Notes: generated by a model from the sequence alone, not told the origin. DNA of 64,000 bases from a virus (IMGVR_UViG_3300009678_001573:1-64000); one strand, 5' to 3'. Shown: positions 30,841 to 41,588, counted from the first letter of the stretch. Numbers and translations: made by a program.

Positions 30841-32511
30841 TTGAAATTACCCGCTATTTCAGTATCACGATGGGCAATAAATGACCAAGGAGACGCTTAC
30901 AGGGTAGACGGTTATGTAGGTATAGGTACAGATTCGCCTACTGAAAAATTACATGTTGATGGTAATATCATATCTAATGATCCTGCTTTGCCAGAACATG
31001 TTTCAACTAAATCCTATGTTGATGAACAGATTGCGAGTGTTCAAGTAGATATTGATGGCTATGCACGGGCTACTGACGAAACACTTTCTTTTACAGTTGA
31101 CTATAATCTAGCTGGTGCTATAGAAGCATTGCCATTTGGAACAGTTTTTTCAAGTCAGGCTCAAATCGATGGTTATTTGGCAGATGCTGGTACTACAGCT
31201 TTTAAATATTTTCAAGATGCTTGGAATTCTTTACCTACAAATGTGGTTCATAATGTTACCTTTAATTTGGCGGCAGGAGTACATAGACCGCGTAGTCCAG
31301 AATCAAATACAGCAGCTTGGACTCTTTCTGGCAAAACTACTATAGCTCCAGCAATAATTACAATTCAAGGTGCATCAAGTGCAAGTTATGTTACTGTGGT
31401 ACCTTCCTCAACAATTACGGCAGTACAGGCCGCAAGCAATGATCCATTTGTAGATGTTGATTATCCGTTTGCTGTAGATGGTTATAGAGGGCTTTTTGCT
31501 ATTTTTGATACAGGACAAGTTGTAGTAATACATGATAATTCGGCAAGTCGTCTATCAGTCGCTACTAACATTAGTCCGTCTAGTCCAACATCAGTGATTG
31601 TAGGTCGCCCAGGAACTATTCTACGCAATAGTTATGATGATTTTAATAGAGTAAAGACTACTGGTATATCAGTTGGAAGTGGGAATCTCTCCCCATGTAG
31701 AGTAACTTTTTCCGATATTCAATTTGATGGATTTAATCCTACGTTTTCTGTTACTACAGGTTTAGGTGCTATTGTAGCTGTTACTAGATTTCTTATTGAC
31801 CACGCTTACGTTAAAGACACATTTGGTGTTTCTGATAGCGGCCGCGGATTTCAACCGGGAGAGAGTTTTACTGCTACAGTTTCTTCATTAAGAGGAACTA
31901 ATATAGCCGCAGTTCCTACAACATCCTCCGGAGATGCATTATTTTGTGCAGCAGGCGGAAAAACGATTTTGTTTAGCCAATGTTATATTGGAGGGTTCAG
32001 ACGTATTTTAATGGCCGGACCATCCAATACTCCTCCAGGTTTAAGCATATCTTCAGTTGTCTTTGATAAGATGTGGCAATTTGGGCTTTTTCTACAAAAT
32101 GGAATTCCAATATTTGCTCAACACAATTCGTCCGGAGTATATTCTACGTTTCGCGATATAGGTGGTACAGCAATATATTTACAGCGCAATTGTCATTTTA
32201 GCCCAGGCACTACTCAAACCATAGATATAAAATTTGAAGGCCAGGGAGCCTTTCCTTGTTTATTATTGGAACAGGGTTCTTCATGTATTATAGAAGCCGG
32301 CATAGGCTTACAAAATGGTGCTACATCAAATGCTGATGTAGGAATTCAATTGTCAGGCCCACACAATAGATTAATATTAAATAGCTCTACTAATGTTAGC
32401 GGTACTAATGGAGAAGTAAGGTTCTCTGATAATAGTGTCAGATTTTATGCCGATATTAAAGACGCCGGCCCGTTTATAGACACCTCGCTTAACTTTGCAC
32501 AGAAAGCCTAA
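30841..32511 (+). CDS. Fibre/tailspike-like protein with beta-helix
   Basis: TTG start with SD GGAG. VGIGTDSPTEKLHVDG and HVSTKSYVD fibre motifs, then beta-solenoid-like sequence. Confidence 0.6.
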   Translation: MKLPAISVSRWAINDQGDAYRVDGYVGIGTDSPTEKLHVDGNIISNDPALPEHVSTKSYVDEQIASVQVDIDGYARATDETLSFTVDYNLAGAIEALPFGTVFSSQAQIDGYLADAGTTAFKYFQDAWNSLPTNVVHNVTFNLAAGVHRPRSPESNTAAWTLSGKTTIAPAIITIQGASSASYVTVVPSSTITAVQAASNDPFVDVDYPFAVDGYRGLFAIFDTGQVVVIHDNSASRLSVATNISPSSPTSVIVGRPGTILRNSYDDFNRVKTTGISVGSGNLSPCRVTFSDIQFDGFNPTFSVTTGLGAIVAVTRFLIDHAYVKDTFGVSDSGRGFQPGESFTATVSSLRGTNIAAVPTTSSGDALFCAAGGKTILFSQCYIGGFRRILMAGPSNTPPGLSISSVVFDKMWQFGLFLQNGIPIFAQHNSSGVYSTFRDIGGTAIYLQRNCHFSPGTTQTIDIKFEGQGAFPCLLLEQGSSCIIEAGIGLQNGATSNADVGIQLSGPHNRLILNSSTNVSGTNGEVRFSDNSVRFYADIKDAGPFIDTSLNFAQKA

Positions 32512-32522
32512 TAGGAAATGAG

Positions 32523-35500
32523 ATGACCTTATTTATAGGACAACAAAAATTCGAAGGTATAAAAATTGGTGACCAACTACTCACCGATACCCTGGACGGC
32601 TATGGCACGACTATTGATGAACATCATCAACAGCAAGAACAAATTAACCAAACTATAATTCAGGCCCTAGATGGTTATGCACTTGCTCCCGAAGTGGGCT
32701 CCGGTGCCGATGGATATGTAGCCTTCTTTACTGGAACAAGTTCTGTTGCCGGTGATAATGATTTATTCTGGGATAGAGAAGGTAATAGGCTTGGAATAGG
32801 TACTTCTACACCAACATCTAAATTACAAGTAGTTGGAAATGCTTCTGTGCGAGCTGTCGGTGGTTCCTCTGGAAGTGAACAATTTGGAGAAAATGCCTCA
32901 GCAAGTGCGACAAACTCAACAGCTATAGGTAGTTCAACTATCGCATCTGGATCAACCTCGTTAGCCGTAGGTAGAGAGGCAGAAGCAATAGCATCTGGTG
33001 TTATATCAATCGGTTATCAGGCTAATTCTGGTATTGTTGGCGTGAGTACCGGCAGTATGGCAATTGGTAGATTTACTCAAACTCCAGCAATTCAAGCTAC
33101 AGCAATTGCTGATGGCGCATTTGCTATGAGTAATGGCTCACTTGCCATAGGGGTAAATGCAGGCACCGGATATACTGATAATACAAAAACACACCAAACT
33201 GTTGTGGGCAATGGAGCGCGCGCCGCAAGTCACCGTAGTACCGCTATAGGTATCGCAGCTGCTGCAGGAGATACAAATGTTGATGCTACAAGTGCAATAG
33301 CTATTGGAGATACGTCTAAATCTGATGGTGTTAATAGTATTGCTCTGGGAACATCTGCATCTGCTACAAAATCAAACGCATTCGCTATAGGTGCCTCTGC
33401 CGTAACATCCGCCGATAACCAAGGCATATTTGGCAATTCTATTACTCCAATCAATCTTGTTAATTTTGGAAGTATGGCATTAGGAACACCATCTACTGCT
33501 CAAAACTTTAAATTAGAAGTCGCCGGGGATGTCGGGCCAAATGTAGATGATGCTTATAGCTTGGGTTCAGAAACTTTTAGGTGGAAGGATGGTTATTTTG
33601 GGCCAGGCTCACTTCATATAATTTCAACGGCTGCTGAAAATAATTCCGGCTTTACTAGAGATTGGGTTTTAGGCACCAACGATACTGGCGGCATTGCTAT
33701 TAAAACCTCTGGTGCTTCTAAACTTTCATTTAATTCTAATTCTAATACTTGGTTCTCTTCGGGTAATTTTTCTTCCAGAGAGCCCGGTGGGGCTTCTAAC
33801 AGCGAACAATTTGGTGAATTAGCCATAGCTTCTGGCACTGATTCTACAGCCGTAGGTAGAGGCGCAACCGCAAATAATACTTCAACTACCGCTATTGGTA
33901 GTGGTGCTCAAGCAACATCTGCTGCAAATAATACTGCTATTGGACAAAATGCTCAAGCAGTTAATTCTGGTGATTCTACAGTTATAGGCATGTCGGCTTT
34001 AGCTAATGGCGGCGATGGTGTAGCAGTAGGGCGCTCTGCACAAGCAACAGCTAATAGAGCAGTGGCTATTGGTAGAAATTCTGTAAGCTCTCAATCAGAG
34101 GCTACAGCACTTGGTTATGGTTCTGCTGCGCAACAAGTGCAGGCAGTAGGCATTGGCGCTTTTTCAAATGCAAATCAAATTGGGGCTACTGCTATAGGTG
34201 CTTTAGCTACAGCGACTGGTACAGGTGCCGTTTCAATTGGTTCAAGTGCCGGCGCAAGTGTAACCAATGGTATAGCAATCGGCTCATCAACTACCGCCGC
34301 AGCAACCAATACGGTCATAATGGGAGCAGCAGTTTCTACAACTTCTGGTGCTACAAATGCAACAGTTATAGGCAAACCTGTTGGTACTGTTAGTAGCGCC
34401 GATGTTACTTCTTTAGGTCATAATACCACTATTACTGGTGCACGAATTACTGTCATAGGCCACAACGCTATTGCTCAAAACGATGATGTTACTGCTATTG
34501 GTCGCGGGACTCAAGTTACTGGCCTACAGAGTACTTCTTTGGGCAGTAGTACAGTTGCTACAGGCGCTTCCGCTGTTTCTGTAGGTTTCGGAGCATCATC
34601 TACTGGATCAGCAAATACTGCAATAGGGCACAACTCAGTTACTGGTTCTAGCGGAAGCAATACTGCTATAGGTAAAAGCGCCCAAGCTGGCGGAGATAAT
34701 GCAGTAGCTGTCGGTGAAACAGCAATAGCTACTGCTGTTCGCGCTATAGCTGTAGGTGCTGATGCAAGTGCAGCAAGTACAAATAGTATAGCTATAGGCC
34801 AGGGCGCCTCTGCAGGCCCACTGGGTACCAATGCTAATTGCATAGCGATTGGATTCGGAACTCAAGCAAATGGAGCTAATGGAGCTACCGCCGTTGGCAG
34901 TACCGCTACCGCTTCTGCTGCTCAAAGTACTGCCCTAGGAAAAGACACCCTAGCCAATCAAACAAATGCAACAGCAGTTGGTTATTCGGCCGACGCAACC
35001 GGTGGTGATTCAACCGCATTAGGCTCTCAATCCACTGCTTCTTCTTCTGGCACAACTGCTTTTGGTTCGTCAGCTACAGCATCTGGTTCTAATTCTACTG
35101 CGATTGGTGCAACTACAAATGCCACTAATACCTCTACTGTTTGTATTGGTGCATCTTCTCGTGCTGCTGGCAGTGCTTCATTGGCTATAGGTCAAAATGC
35201 ACAAGCACAAACTGGAGCAGATAATACCATCCTAATAGGACAGGGTATTCAGACTACTAATCCAAGTGCTGTTGCTATCGGCTCAAGTATAGGAAGTAAT
35301 ATAGGAAGTAATTCAATTGCCATAGGAACCTCGTCTAATGCTAACGCCTTAACTTCTGTGGCAATAGGTACAGGTGCTACGGCCAATACAGCACACTCAG
35401 TGGCTCTGGGCGCAAGTTCTGTTGCAACCGGCACGAATGGCTCAACTGCGCTTGGTCGTGATGCCCAAGCAACTGGAGCTGATTCTACATCAATTGGTCA

Positions 35501-38500
35501 TGGCCCAATAGTTCAGGCAACAAACGCTGTTGTAGTTTCTAGTGCATCTATGACCGTCACTTCTGCTGGTAGCGCAAGTACCATAGTTGGTAAAACTACT
35601 GGTTCTGTATCAGCAGCAAGTGTCACTGGTGTCGGTCATAATATTAATATCGGAACTGGTGTTGCTGAAACAACCGCTATCGGTGCTGGGGCTACGGCAA
35701 CAGTTGCTAATTCTACCGCTGTGGGTTCTGGTGCTAATGCCGGCGGGACCAATGGAACCACTGCCATCGGTAGAGGAGCTACAGCAACAGGTTCTGACTC
35801 ATTAGCGGTTGGAACTGGCGCAACAGCCAATTCAACTAGTACCACAGCAGTGGGCGATGGTGCTTCAGCTACTGGCTCTAGTTCAACTGCTATTGGACAA
35901 ACTGCTCTAGCTAATCAGCCATCTACTGTAGCTATCGGGCAGAATGCTAGAGCCCAAGCTGCTGGTGGTGTTTCGGTAGGCGCTGGTACAAATATTACTG
36001 GCTCAGTAACAGATGCGGTCGCTATTGGTCTCGCATCTTCTGTATCAGCCTCTGGCGGTATTGCCATGGGCTCAGGCTCATCCGTTACTTCTGCTGCAAC
36101 TGGTGGGTCTGTCGTAATTGGTTTAAGTGCATCTGCCTCAAAGGCAAACTCGATTGGTATAGGCGCTGGTGTCGGAACAGATGACTCTGTTGTGGTGGGT
36201 GTCAGTGCCAGCTCATTTGGTACCGGCGCAAGCAATGTAATTATAGGAAAAAGCGCTACTAATGGTGGATTAAGTTCATCGGTGGTTTCTATTGGAGCAT
36301 TTTCCCAGGCCACAGCATCCAATTCTGTAGCTCTGGGAGCATCATCATCTGTCACTGGTGCAGGCTCAATTGCAATAGGAAATAATGCCAATACTTTTGC
36401 CTTTACTAATTCTTTAGCTATTGGTAATGGATCAGTTGTTTTGGCAAATAATACTGGAACAATAGGAAACCCTAATTCTCCAATTGATTTATATACTTTT
36501 GGTAAGTTCGGCGTAGGAATTTCTCCAAGTGCTTTGTTTAATTTTAATATTGAGTCCGCTGGTGATATTGGGCCTAATGTAGATGATGCGTATAGTCTTG
36601 GTTCCGAAGCATTTAGGTGGCGAGATGGATATTTTGGCCCCGGCACTCTACATTTTAGACAAAATTCGGATGAAAATGATTTTGGTGTAGAGCGAGATTG
36701 GAACTTTGGAATTAATTCTTCTGGCGATTTAACTATTCGTCAAGATGATATGGTTTATGCTAAATTTAGTCATGATCGTCCAATAAGTCTTGGTACCCAG
36801 GCAATAACTTCGCGCGGCCTTGGTGCTGGTAGCGTAATAGTTGGAGGCCAGCTTGAAGTCGACGGTCGAATATGGGCAGATGGTGATATAACTACAACCA
36901 CCCTAACTACCACTGCTATATCTGGTGTCGGCGGCGTATTTTTTGCCAATTCACCATTCTTCTTCTCATCTGGAGAACAATCAGTTGGGTTGGCATTAAA
37001 TCAAACATTTGATCAATTTGTATTTGCCACTAATGCCCTATCAGGAAGGGCAGTAGTATTTACAGATGTATCAAATTATACCAAAGATCACGATCATGAT
37101 ATCCAGGGAAATCCGGCCATATTTATACACAGCATTACAGATGTAGATGTAGATAATTCGCAATGGTTAGGTTTTTATCACGATACAACTAAAGCTAATA
37201 TCGAAACTGGTTTAGGTTCCATCTCACTTGCCCCATACGATGGTTATGTATTACCCGCAGCGGACGATGCTTATTCAATAGGCTCTCCATCATTGCGCTG
37301 GAAAGATATATGGTTGGGTCCAGGTACATTGCATTTTAAACAAAATACTTCTGAGAGCGATACTGGCTTAGAGCGCGATTGGACTATGGGAATAGATAGT
37401 TCTGGTGGCTTTAGGGTAAGACAATCAGAAGAACATCATATGCTTCTTAAGACAGATGGCACTAATAATGTTATATTTGGTAAAACCATTAGTACGGTAT
37501 TTGGAAGTAACATTACTTCAATTGGTTTTGGTACAAATGTCGGATCAAGTATTTCTAATGCTACAGCGGTTGGTCAAGGTGCACAAGCTACAAACTCATT
37601 TGCAACGGCAATGGGCGTTAGTTCCAATGCAACCACCAATTGTGTTGCCATGGGTGGTGGCGCTGCAGCCTCAGTAGCATCTAGTGTTGCTATTGGCTTC
37701 TCTTCTACAAGTTCTGGTGGAAATTCAACTGCAGTCGGTGCATCTGCATCTGCTACAGGTTCTAATGCAACATCATATGGCTCTTCTGCTGTTGCAGGTG
37801 GCACTAGTGCTGTTTCAGTAGGATTTCAATCTCAAGCTAATATATCAAATGCTATTGCCATAGGCAACACTAACGTAATAGGTTCTGGTGGTGGTATTGC
37901 TATAGGAAACAATCTTACCTTTAGTTCTGGTACTTCTAATAGCATAATTATTGGAACACTTGGTGGTACCCTTACTGGCGCAAGTAATACCTCTATTGGT
38001 ATAGGTAATACTGTTGGCACTGGTATAGCAAATGTTACGGCCATAGGAGCTTCATCAACGGCTAATGCAACAGATGCCACAGCGGTTGGTCAGGGTTCAT
38101 CAGCAGCAGCAGCTAGTGCTTTAGCAGTAGGTAAGAGTGCCTCGGCAGCTGGTACAAATACTACGGCAATTGGCGCTAATACTATAACCACAAGCGGTGT
38201 AAATCATACGGCGGTGGGTAAAGGTGCTACAGCCTCCAATGTTAATGATAATAATACAGCCATTGGTTATAATGCAATTGCTACAGGTGGACACTCGATA
38301 GCAATTGGTGCTTCATCTAATGCTTTGGCCGGCTCAAATGATTCTATAGCAATAGGTTATAATTCATCGAATAGTTCTTCTGATTCTGTACTTCTTGGTA
38401 ATAATGCAACCATTGGTGCTTCCTTTACGGGTGCAATAGCAATTGGTGCCTCCTCTTCTGCCTCTGGAGCTGATACCATTGCCATTGGCCGTTCTTCTGG

Positions 38501-39389
38501 TGGCGGTGCTGGGGCCGTAGTTATCGGAGCAGGAACTGTTGGAACCGGAGCCAGAACTGTCAACATAGGTAATGGAACAGCGAACGGTTCAACTGATGCT
38601 ATTACTATAGGATATACTTCTCAAAGCGCTGCCAATGAAAGTGTAACAATTGGTGTAAATTCGTTAACTACTAGTAGTACTGGTAATGGTACTGGTTCAA
38701 TGGCTATCGGCTCGGGTGCGCAATCTGATGGTGGCGGTATAGCAATTGGAAAAGATGCTATAGCAAACAATACTAGCTCTGGTAGCAGGTCTATTGCTAT
38801 AGGTTATGGCGCCACTACTGGTACATTTACTAGTGCTTTAGCTATAGGTAATGGTGCTTCTGCTACTGGAAATAATAATGGACAAATTGGAACTATAGCT
38901 AATCCAATAAACCTAAATCTTCATGGTTCATTGACATTAGATGGATATCTTTCAACCAGTTCTGGTGATTTATTTCTTACGCCGACAAGTGGAAGGGTGG
39001 TGCCAGGAGCTACTACAGAAGGCCTAGGTAATGCTGATAATCGTTGGTTAGATGGATATTTTGTTGATTTAAATACAAAGGGCTTGGTATATGGAATAGT
39101 TAATATTGAAAGTTCTGATTCTCCATATTTAGCAAGAGAGGATGATTATACTATAATTTGCGATGGTACTATCGGAGTTATTACCATATTATTACCAGGT
39201 GCCGGCGGAAGTAATATTGGCAGAATATATAATATTAAAAAAATAGATGCTATAAGTACAATTACTGTTCAAGCATCTGGATTAGAAAACATCGATGGTA
39301 TAAATTTTATTACTCTAACTACCCAATATCAATCAAGGCAAATACAAAGTGATGGCAATAATTGGCATATCATAGGAGGATTGCTCTAA
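32523..39389 (+). CDS. Giant fibre/adhesin with three blocks of YadA-like head repeats
   Basis: 2288 aa. Many ~14-aa STA(I/V)G..A.A repeats at about 32870-33460, 33800-36500 and 37500-38920, separated by GPNVDDAYSLGS..RW.DGYFGPG connectors. The C-terminal ITILLP...IKKID...IDG...SDGNNWHII resembles a phage fibre tip. No signal peptide or autotransporter barrel. Confidence 0.8.
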   Translation: MTLFIGQQKFEGIKIGDQLLTDTLDGYGTTIDEHHQQQEQINQTIIQALDGYALAPEVGSGADGYVAFFTGTSSVAGDNDLFWDREGNRLGIGTSTPTSKLQVVGNASVRAVGGSSGSEQFGENASASATNSTAIGSSTIASGSTSLAVGREAEAIASGVISIGYQANSGIVGVSTGSMAIGRFTQTPAIQATAIADGAFAMSNGSLAIGVNAGTGYTDNTKTHQTVVGNGARAASHRSTAIGIAAAAGDTNVDATSAIAIGDTSKSDGVNSIALGTSASATKSNAFAIGASAVTSADNQGIFGNSITPINLVNFGSMALGTPSTAQNFKLEVAGDVGPNVDDAYSLGSETFRWKDGYFGPGSLHIISTAAENNSGFTRDWVLGTNDTGGIAIKTSGASKLSFNSNSNTWFSSGNFSSREPGGASNSEQFGELAIASGTDSTAVGRGATANNTSTTAIGSGAQATSAANNTAIGQNAQAVNSGDSTVIGMSALANGGDGVAVGRSAQATANRAVAIGRNSVSSQSEATALGYGSAAQQVQAVGIGAFSNANQIGATAIGALATATGTGAVSIGSSAGASVTNGIAIGSSTTAAATNTVIMGAAVSTTSGATNATVIGKPVGTVSSADVTSLGHNTTITGARITVIGHNAIAQNDDVTAIGRGTQVTGLQSTSLGSSTVATGASAVSVGFGASSTGSANTAIGHNSVTGSSGSNTAIGKSAQAGGDNAVAVGETAIATAVRAIAVGADASAASTNSIAIGQGASAGPLGTNANCIAIGFGTQANGANGATAVGSTATASAAQSTALGKDTLANQTNATAVGYSADATGGDSTALGSQSTASSSGTTAFGSSATASGSNSTAIGATTNATNTSTVCIGASSRAAGSASLAIGQNAQAQTGADNTILIGQGIQTTNPSAVAIGSSIGSNIGSNSIAIGTSSNANALTSVAIGTGATANTAHSVALGASSVATGTNGSTALGRDAQATGADSTSIGHGPIVQATNAVVVSSASMTVTSAGSASTIVGKTTGSVSAASVTGVGHNINIGTGVAETTAIGAGATATVANSTAVGSGANAGGTNGTTAIGRGATATGSDSLAVGTGATANSTSTTAVGDGASATGSSSTAIGQTALANQPSTVAIGQNARAQAAGGVSVGAGTNITGSVTDAVAIGLASSVSASGGIAMGSGSSVTSAATGGSVVIGLSASASKANSIGIGAGVGTDDSVVVGVSASSFGTGASNVIIGKSATNGGLSSSVVSIGAFSQATASNSVALGASSSVTGAGSIAIGNNANTFAFTNSLAIGNGSVVLANNTGTIGNPNSPIDLYTFGKFGVGISPSALFNFNIESAGDIGPNVDDAYSLGSEAFRWRDGYFGPGTLHFRQNSDENDFGVERDWNFGINSSGDLTIRQDDMVYAKFSHDRPISLGTQAITSRGLGAGSVIVGGQLEVDGRIWADGDITTTTLTTTAISGVGGVFFANSPFFFSSGEQSVGLALNQTFDQFVFATNALSGRAVVFTDVSNYTKDHDHDIQGNPAIFIHSITDVDVDNSQWLGFYHDTTKANIETGLGSISLAPYDGYVLPAADDAYSIGSPSLRWKDIWLGPGTLHFKQNTSESDTGLERDWTMGIDSSGGFRVRQSEEHHMLLKTDGTNNVIFGKTISTVFGSNITSIGFGTNVGSSISNATAVGQGAQATNSFATAMGVSSNATTNCVAMGGGAAASVASSVAIGFSSTSSGGNSTAVGASASATGSNATSYGSSAVAGGTSAVSVGFQSQANISNAIAIGNTNVIGSGGGIAIGNNLTFSSGTSNSIIIGTLGGTLTGASNTSIGIGNTVGTGIANVTAIGASSTANATDATAVGQGSSAAAASALAVGKSASAAGTNTTAIGANTITTSGVNHTAVGKGATASNVNDNNTAIGYNAIATGGHSIAIGASSNALAGSNDSIAIGYNSSNSSSDSVLLGNNATIGASFTGAIAIGASSSASGADTIAIGRSSGGGAGAVVIGAGTVGTGARTVNIGNGTANGSTDAITIGYTSQSAANESVTIGVNSLTTSSTGNGTGSMAIGSGAQSDGGGIAIGKDAIANNTSSGSRSIAIGYGATTGTFTSALAIGNGASATGNNNGQIGTIANPINLNLHGSLTLDGYLSTSSGDLFLTPTSGRVVPGATTEGLGNADNRWLDGYFVDLNTKGLVYGIVNIESSDSPYLAREDDYTIICDGTIGVITILLPGAGGSNIGRIYNIKKIDAISTITVQASGLENIDGINFITLTTQYQSRQIQSDGNNWHIIGGLL

Positions 39390-39769
39390 TGGTTGACGGA
39401 CCTAACATATGGGATGTGGGAGAAGGTATTCCAATTGAAATATTTATTGGTGATCCCAATACGGGCGCAGGAGTATCTGGGCAAACTGCATTTATTACGC
39501 TAACTATTCAGAGAGACTTGGACAATAGATTTTGGTCTGGCGCTGGCTGGGTTGTTCCTAGGACTACAGTTTCTGTGGTTGAAGAGGATGCAACTAATGA
39601 GCCGGGGCATTATACCTATCTACTTTCTAGTACTGCTAATGCCGCAGCTACTAGATATGTTGCTCATGTGCTTATTGATAATCCACCAATGTTCGAATCA
39701 GTGTCAGCTTATGAAGTTCATGTTTCAAGAGTAACCGACGTGAAAGTATATGAGTCTGAGCCAGTTTAA
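39389..39769 (+). CDS. Small Ig-like structural protein
   Basis: ATG 39389 overlaps the upstream TAA, SD GGAGGA. Beta-rich, with a PGHY.Y motif. Confidence 0.55.
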   Translation: MVDGPNIWDVGEGIPIEIFIGDPNTGAGVSGQTAFITLTIQRDLDNRFWSGAGWVVPRTTVSVVEEDATNEPGHYTYLLSSTANAAATRYVAHVLIDNPPMFESVSAYEVHVSRVTDVKVYESEPV

Positions 39770-39780
39770 TAGGAGTCTAA

Positions 39781-41538
39781 ATGGCACGCAGTGGGCGAGC
39801 AGGGTCTATAATTACGCTAGGAGTTAAATTTTACTCCAATGGCACTTTATTCGATCCTTTTGAAATAGAAGATGTTCAAATCTTCAATGATGCGATATTG
39901 AGTTCTCCTTTGATAGCAGAACTTACTCCAGTTCGTGTGTCTGTTGGTTTTTATCAAATACAATTTGAGCCACTAGAAACTATTGCTCTCGGTACCTATT
40001 ATGATGAATGGACTTGGACTGCTGAAGAGTTCATGGCCTCCAATACTCAAAGATATAGCTTTGAAATATTAGAGCCAAGTGAAGCTGAACCTATACCGGA
40101 GCCAGAAGCTATTGGTGTCGTAGTTTGCCTACGCCCGAGACCTGAATGGGTACATAGAATGGGACTTCGAGTTCTTGAAGACGTCGGCAATGGCATGGGC
40201 GTTCGTTTATCTTGGCAAGAAGCTATACCCGGTGAAGATGACAAACAAGTCCACTATAATATATATCATGCAACAAAACGAGTTGGCGTTTTTGAAGATC
40301 AATTTTTACCAAAAGCAGTTACTACAAATGTTGAGGCCATAATAAATATAACGCCAGGCAATTTACATTATTTTGCTGTTCGGGCAACTGAATTTGACCC
40401 AGCTCAATTTAATATAGCGGAACTTACTCAAATTGGTGATGGAGTAGGTAGATATCCAGATATTACAACTCTAACCACTTCTATAGATGCATACGGTGAA
40501 GTCGTAGTTGGTGTGGAAAGCAATGAAAACTTTCCCAGTGCTGGATTTTTATTAATTGGCACTGAAATTTTACGATATACAAGTCTGGGCACCAATACTT
40601 TTAATGTACCGACTAACGGCAGAGGTAATGTTGGAACGGCCTTTGCCTCGCACGATGTTGGAGATGAAGTTCGTTTATGGCGCGGCGTAGAAGAAGGTAA
40701 TTCCGTAATTCATAGTTATACAGCAGCCTGGATGCAAAATCATGACATCCCAGGCAGCGGATATGCCTATAATCCAGATCCGGCGGTACAAGGTGAGTTT
40801 AATGTTGCAGAAGATGGTTATCGAGAGAACGCAGAAGATATTGTAACTACTGATTTAAGTGCTTCGGATGCTAATACGGCCAACTTTTCTACTTTTGATT
40901 TTTGTGGTTACCATAGACCAAGTATCCAGGAGACCTTTAGCGGCCAATGTGTCGGTAGTTATGTCGGCGGCGAATTTAATGGCTCTAGAGGCTTCAACTT
41001 CCAAGATCGTATTTTGTCTCAATTAGATGTTATGTTGCAAGTGACTGGGGAACCAGTAATTCTGTTAAGACGCAGACAAACAGGCCGTCGTTGCAGATGT
41101 GGTGCTTCTGACTTACGCAGAGAGCATCCAAGACAGAGATGCCCATACTGCTTCGGCACGGGCTTCGACGGCGGCTACGAGAGATTCTTTAATACCAGGG
41201 CTATATCAGAGTTATTTGTAAATACTGCTGGTAGGATTATGATAAGAACTAATCCTTTCGTAGACGACCTAAAAATTGAGCAAAGTCAGGGTCTTGTACA
41301 GCCATCTGAATTAACGGCCTGGACTATAGTATTTCCAACTATTAAAGACCGCGATATAATAGTAAGATTTAATGAAAATGGAACAGAAGAGTTCAGATAT
41401 GAGATACTAGATGTGACCAGAAATAGACTTGTATTTGGCCAAAGCGGTAGGCAAGAATTTAGAATGCGCAGAATGGATAAAACAGATGTGGTCTATCAAT
41501 ATCCAGCTAATGATCCTGGCTTATTCGTAACAATCTAA
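39781..41538 (+). CDS. Putative neck/head-closure protein with Ig and FN3-like domains and a Zn finger
   Basis: C-terminal GEPVILLRR...RCRC...CPYCFGTGFDGGY...IKDRDIIVRF...FRYEI resembles large-phage head-completion proteins. VRLSW...YNIY...YFAVRA is FN3-like. Confidence 0.6.
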   Translation: MARSGRAGSIITLGVKFYSNGTLFDPFEIEDVQIFNDAILSSPLIAELTPVRVSVGFYQIQFEPLETIALGTYYDEWTWTAEEFMASNTQRYSFEILEPSEAEPIPEPEAIGVVVCLRPRPEWVHRMGLRVLEDVGNGMGVRLSWQEAIPGEDDKQVHYNIYHATKRVGVFEDQFLPKAVTTNVEAIINITPGNLHYFAVRATEFDPAQFNIAELTQIGDGVGRYPDITTLTTSIDAYGEVVVGVESNENFPSAGFLLIGTEILRYTSLGTNTFNVPTNGRGNVGTAFASHDVGDEVRLWRGVEEGNSVIHSYTAAWMQNHDIPGSGYAYNPDPAVQGEFNVAEDGYRENAEDIVTTDLSASDANTANFSTFDFCGYHRPSIQETFSGQCVGSYVGGEFNGSRGFNFQDRILSQLDVMLQVTGEPVILLRRRQTGRRCRCGASDLRREHPRQRCPYCFGTGFDGGYERFFNTRAISELFVNTAGRIMIRTNPFVDDLKIEQSQGLVQPSELTAWTIVFPTIKDRDIIVRFNENGTEEFRYEILDVTRNRLVFGQSGRQEFRMRRMDKTDVVYQYPANDPGLFVTI

Positions 41539-41588
41539 TAATATTAACAATTTATGAGATTTTTCCATTTTTGGGCCGATAAGCTCCC

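Noticed and set aside
35289-35312. 12-bp tandem duplication ATAGGAAGTAAT x2 (a similar GGAACGGGAACT repeat lies near 29844)
   Set aside because: These are in-frame micro-duplications within low-complexity repeat proteins, with no sign of phase variation.
14997-39388. ORF-track starts at 14997, 17705 and 39362
   Set aside because: Downstream ATGs at 15051, 17717 and 39389 have proper SD sequences and avoid overlap with upstream genes or with the SD itself.
32523-39389. Bacterial trimeric autotransporter adhesin, implying host chromosome
   Set aside because: There is no signal peptide or C-terminal anchor barrel. It has phage fibre connectors and tip, and sits within a capsid-neck-sheath gene order.
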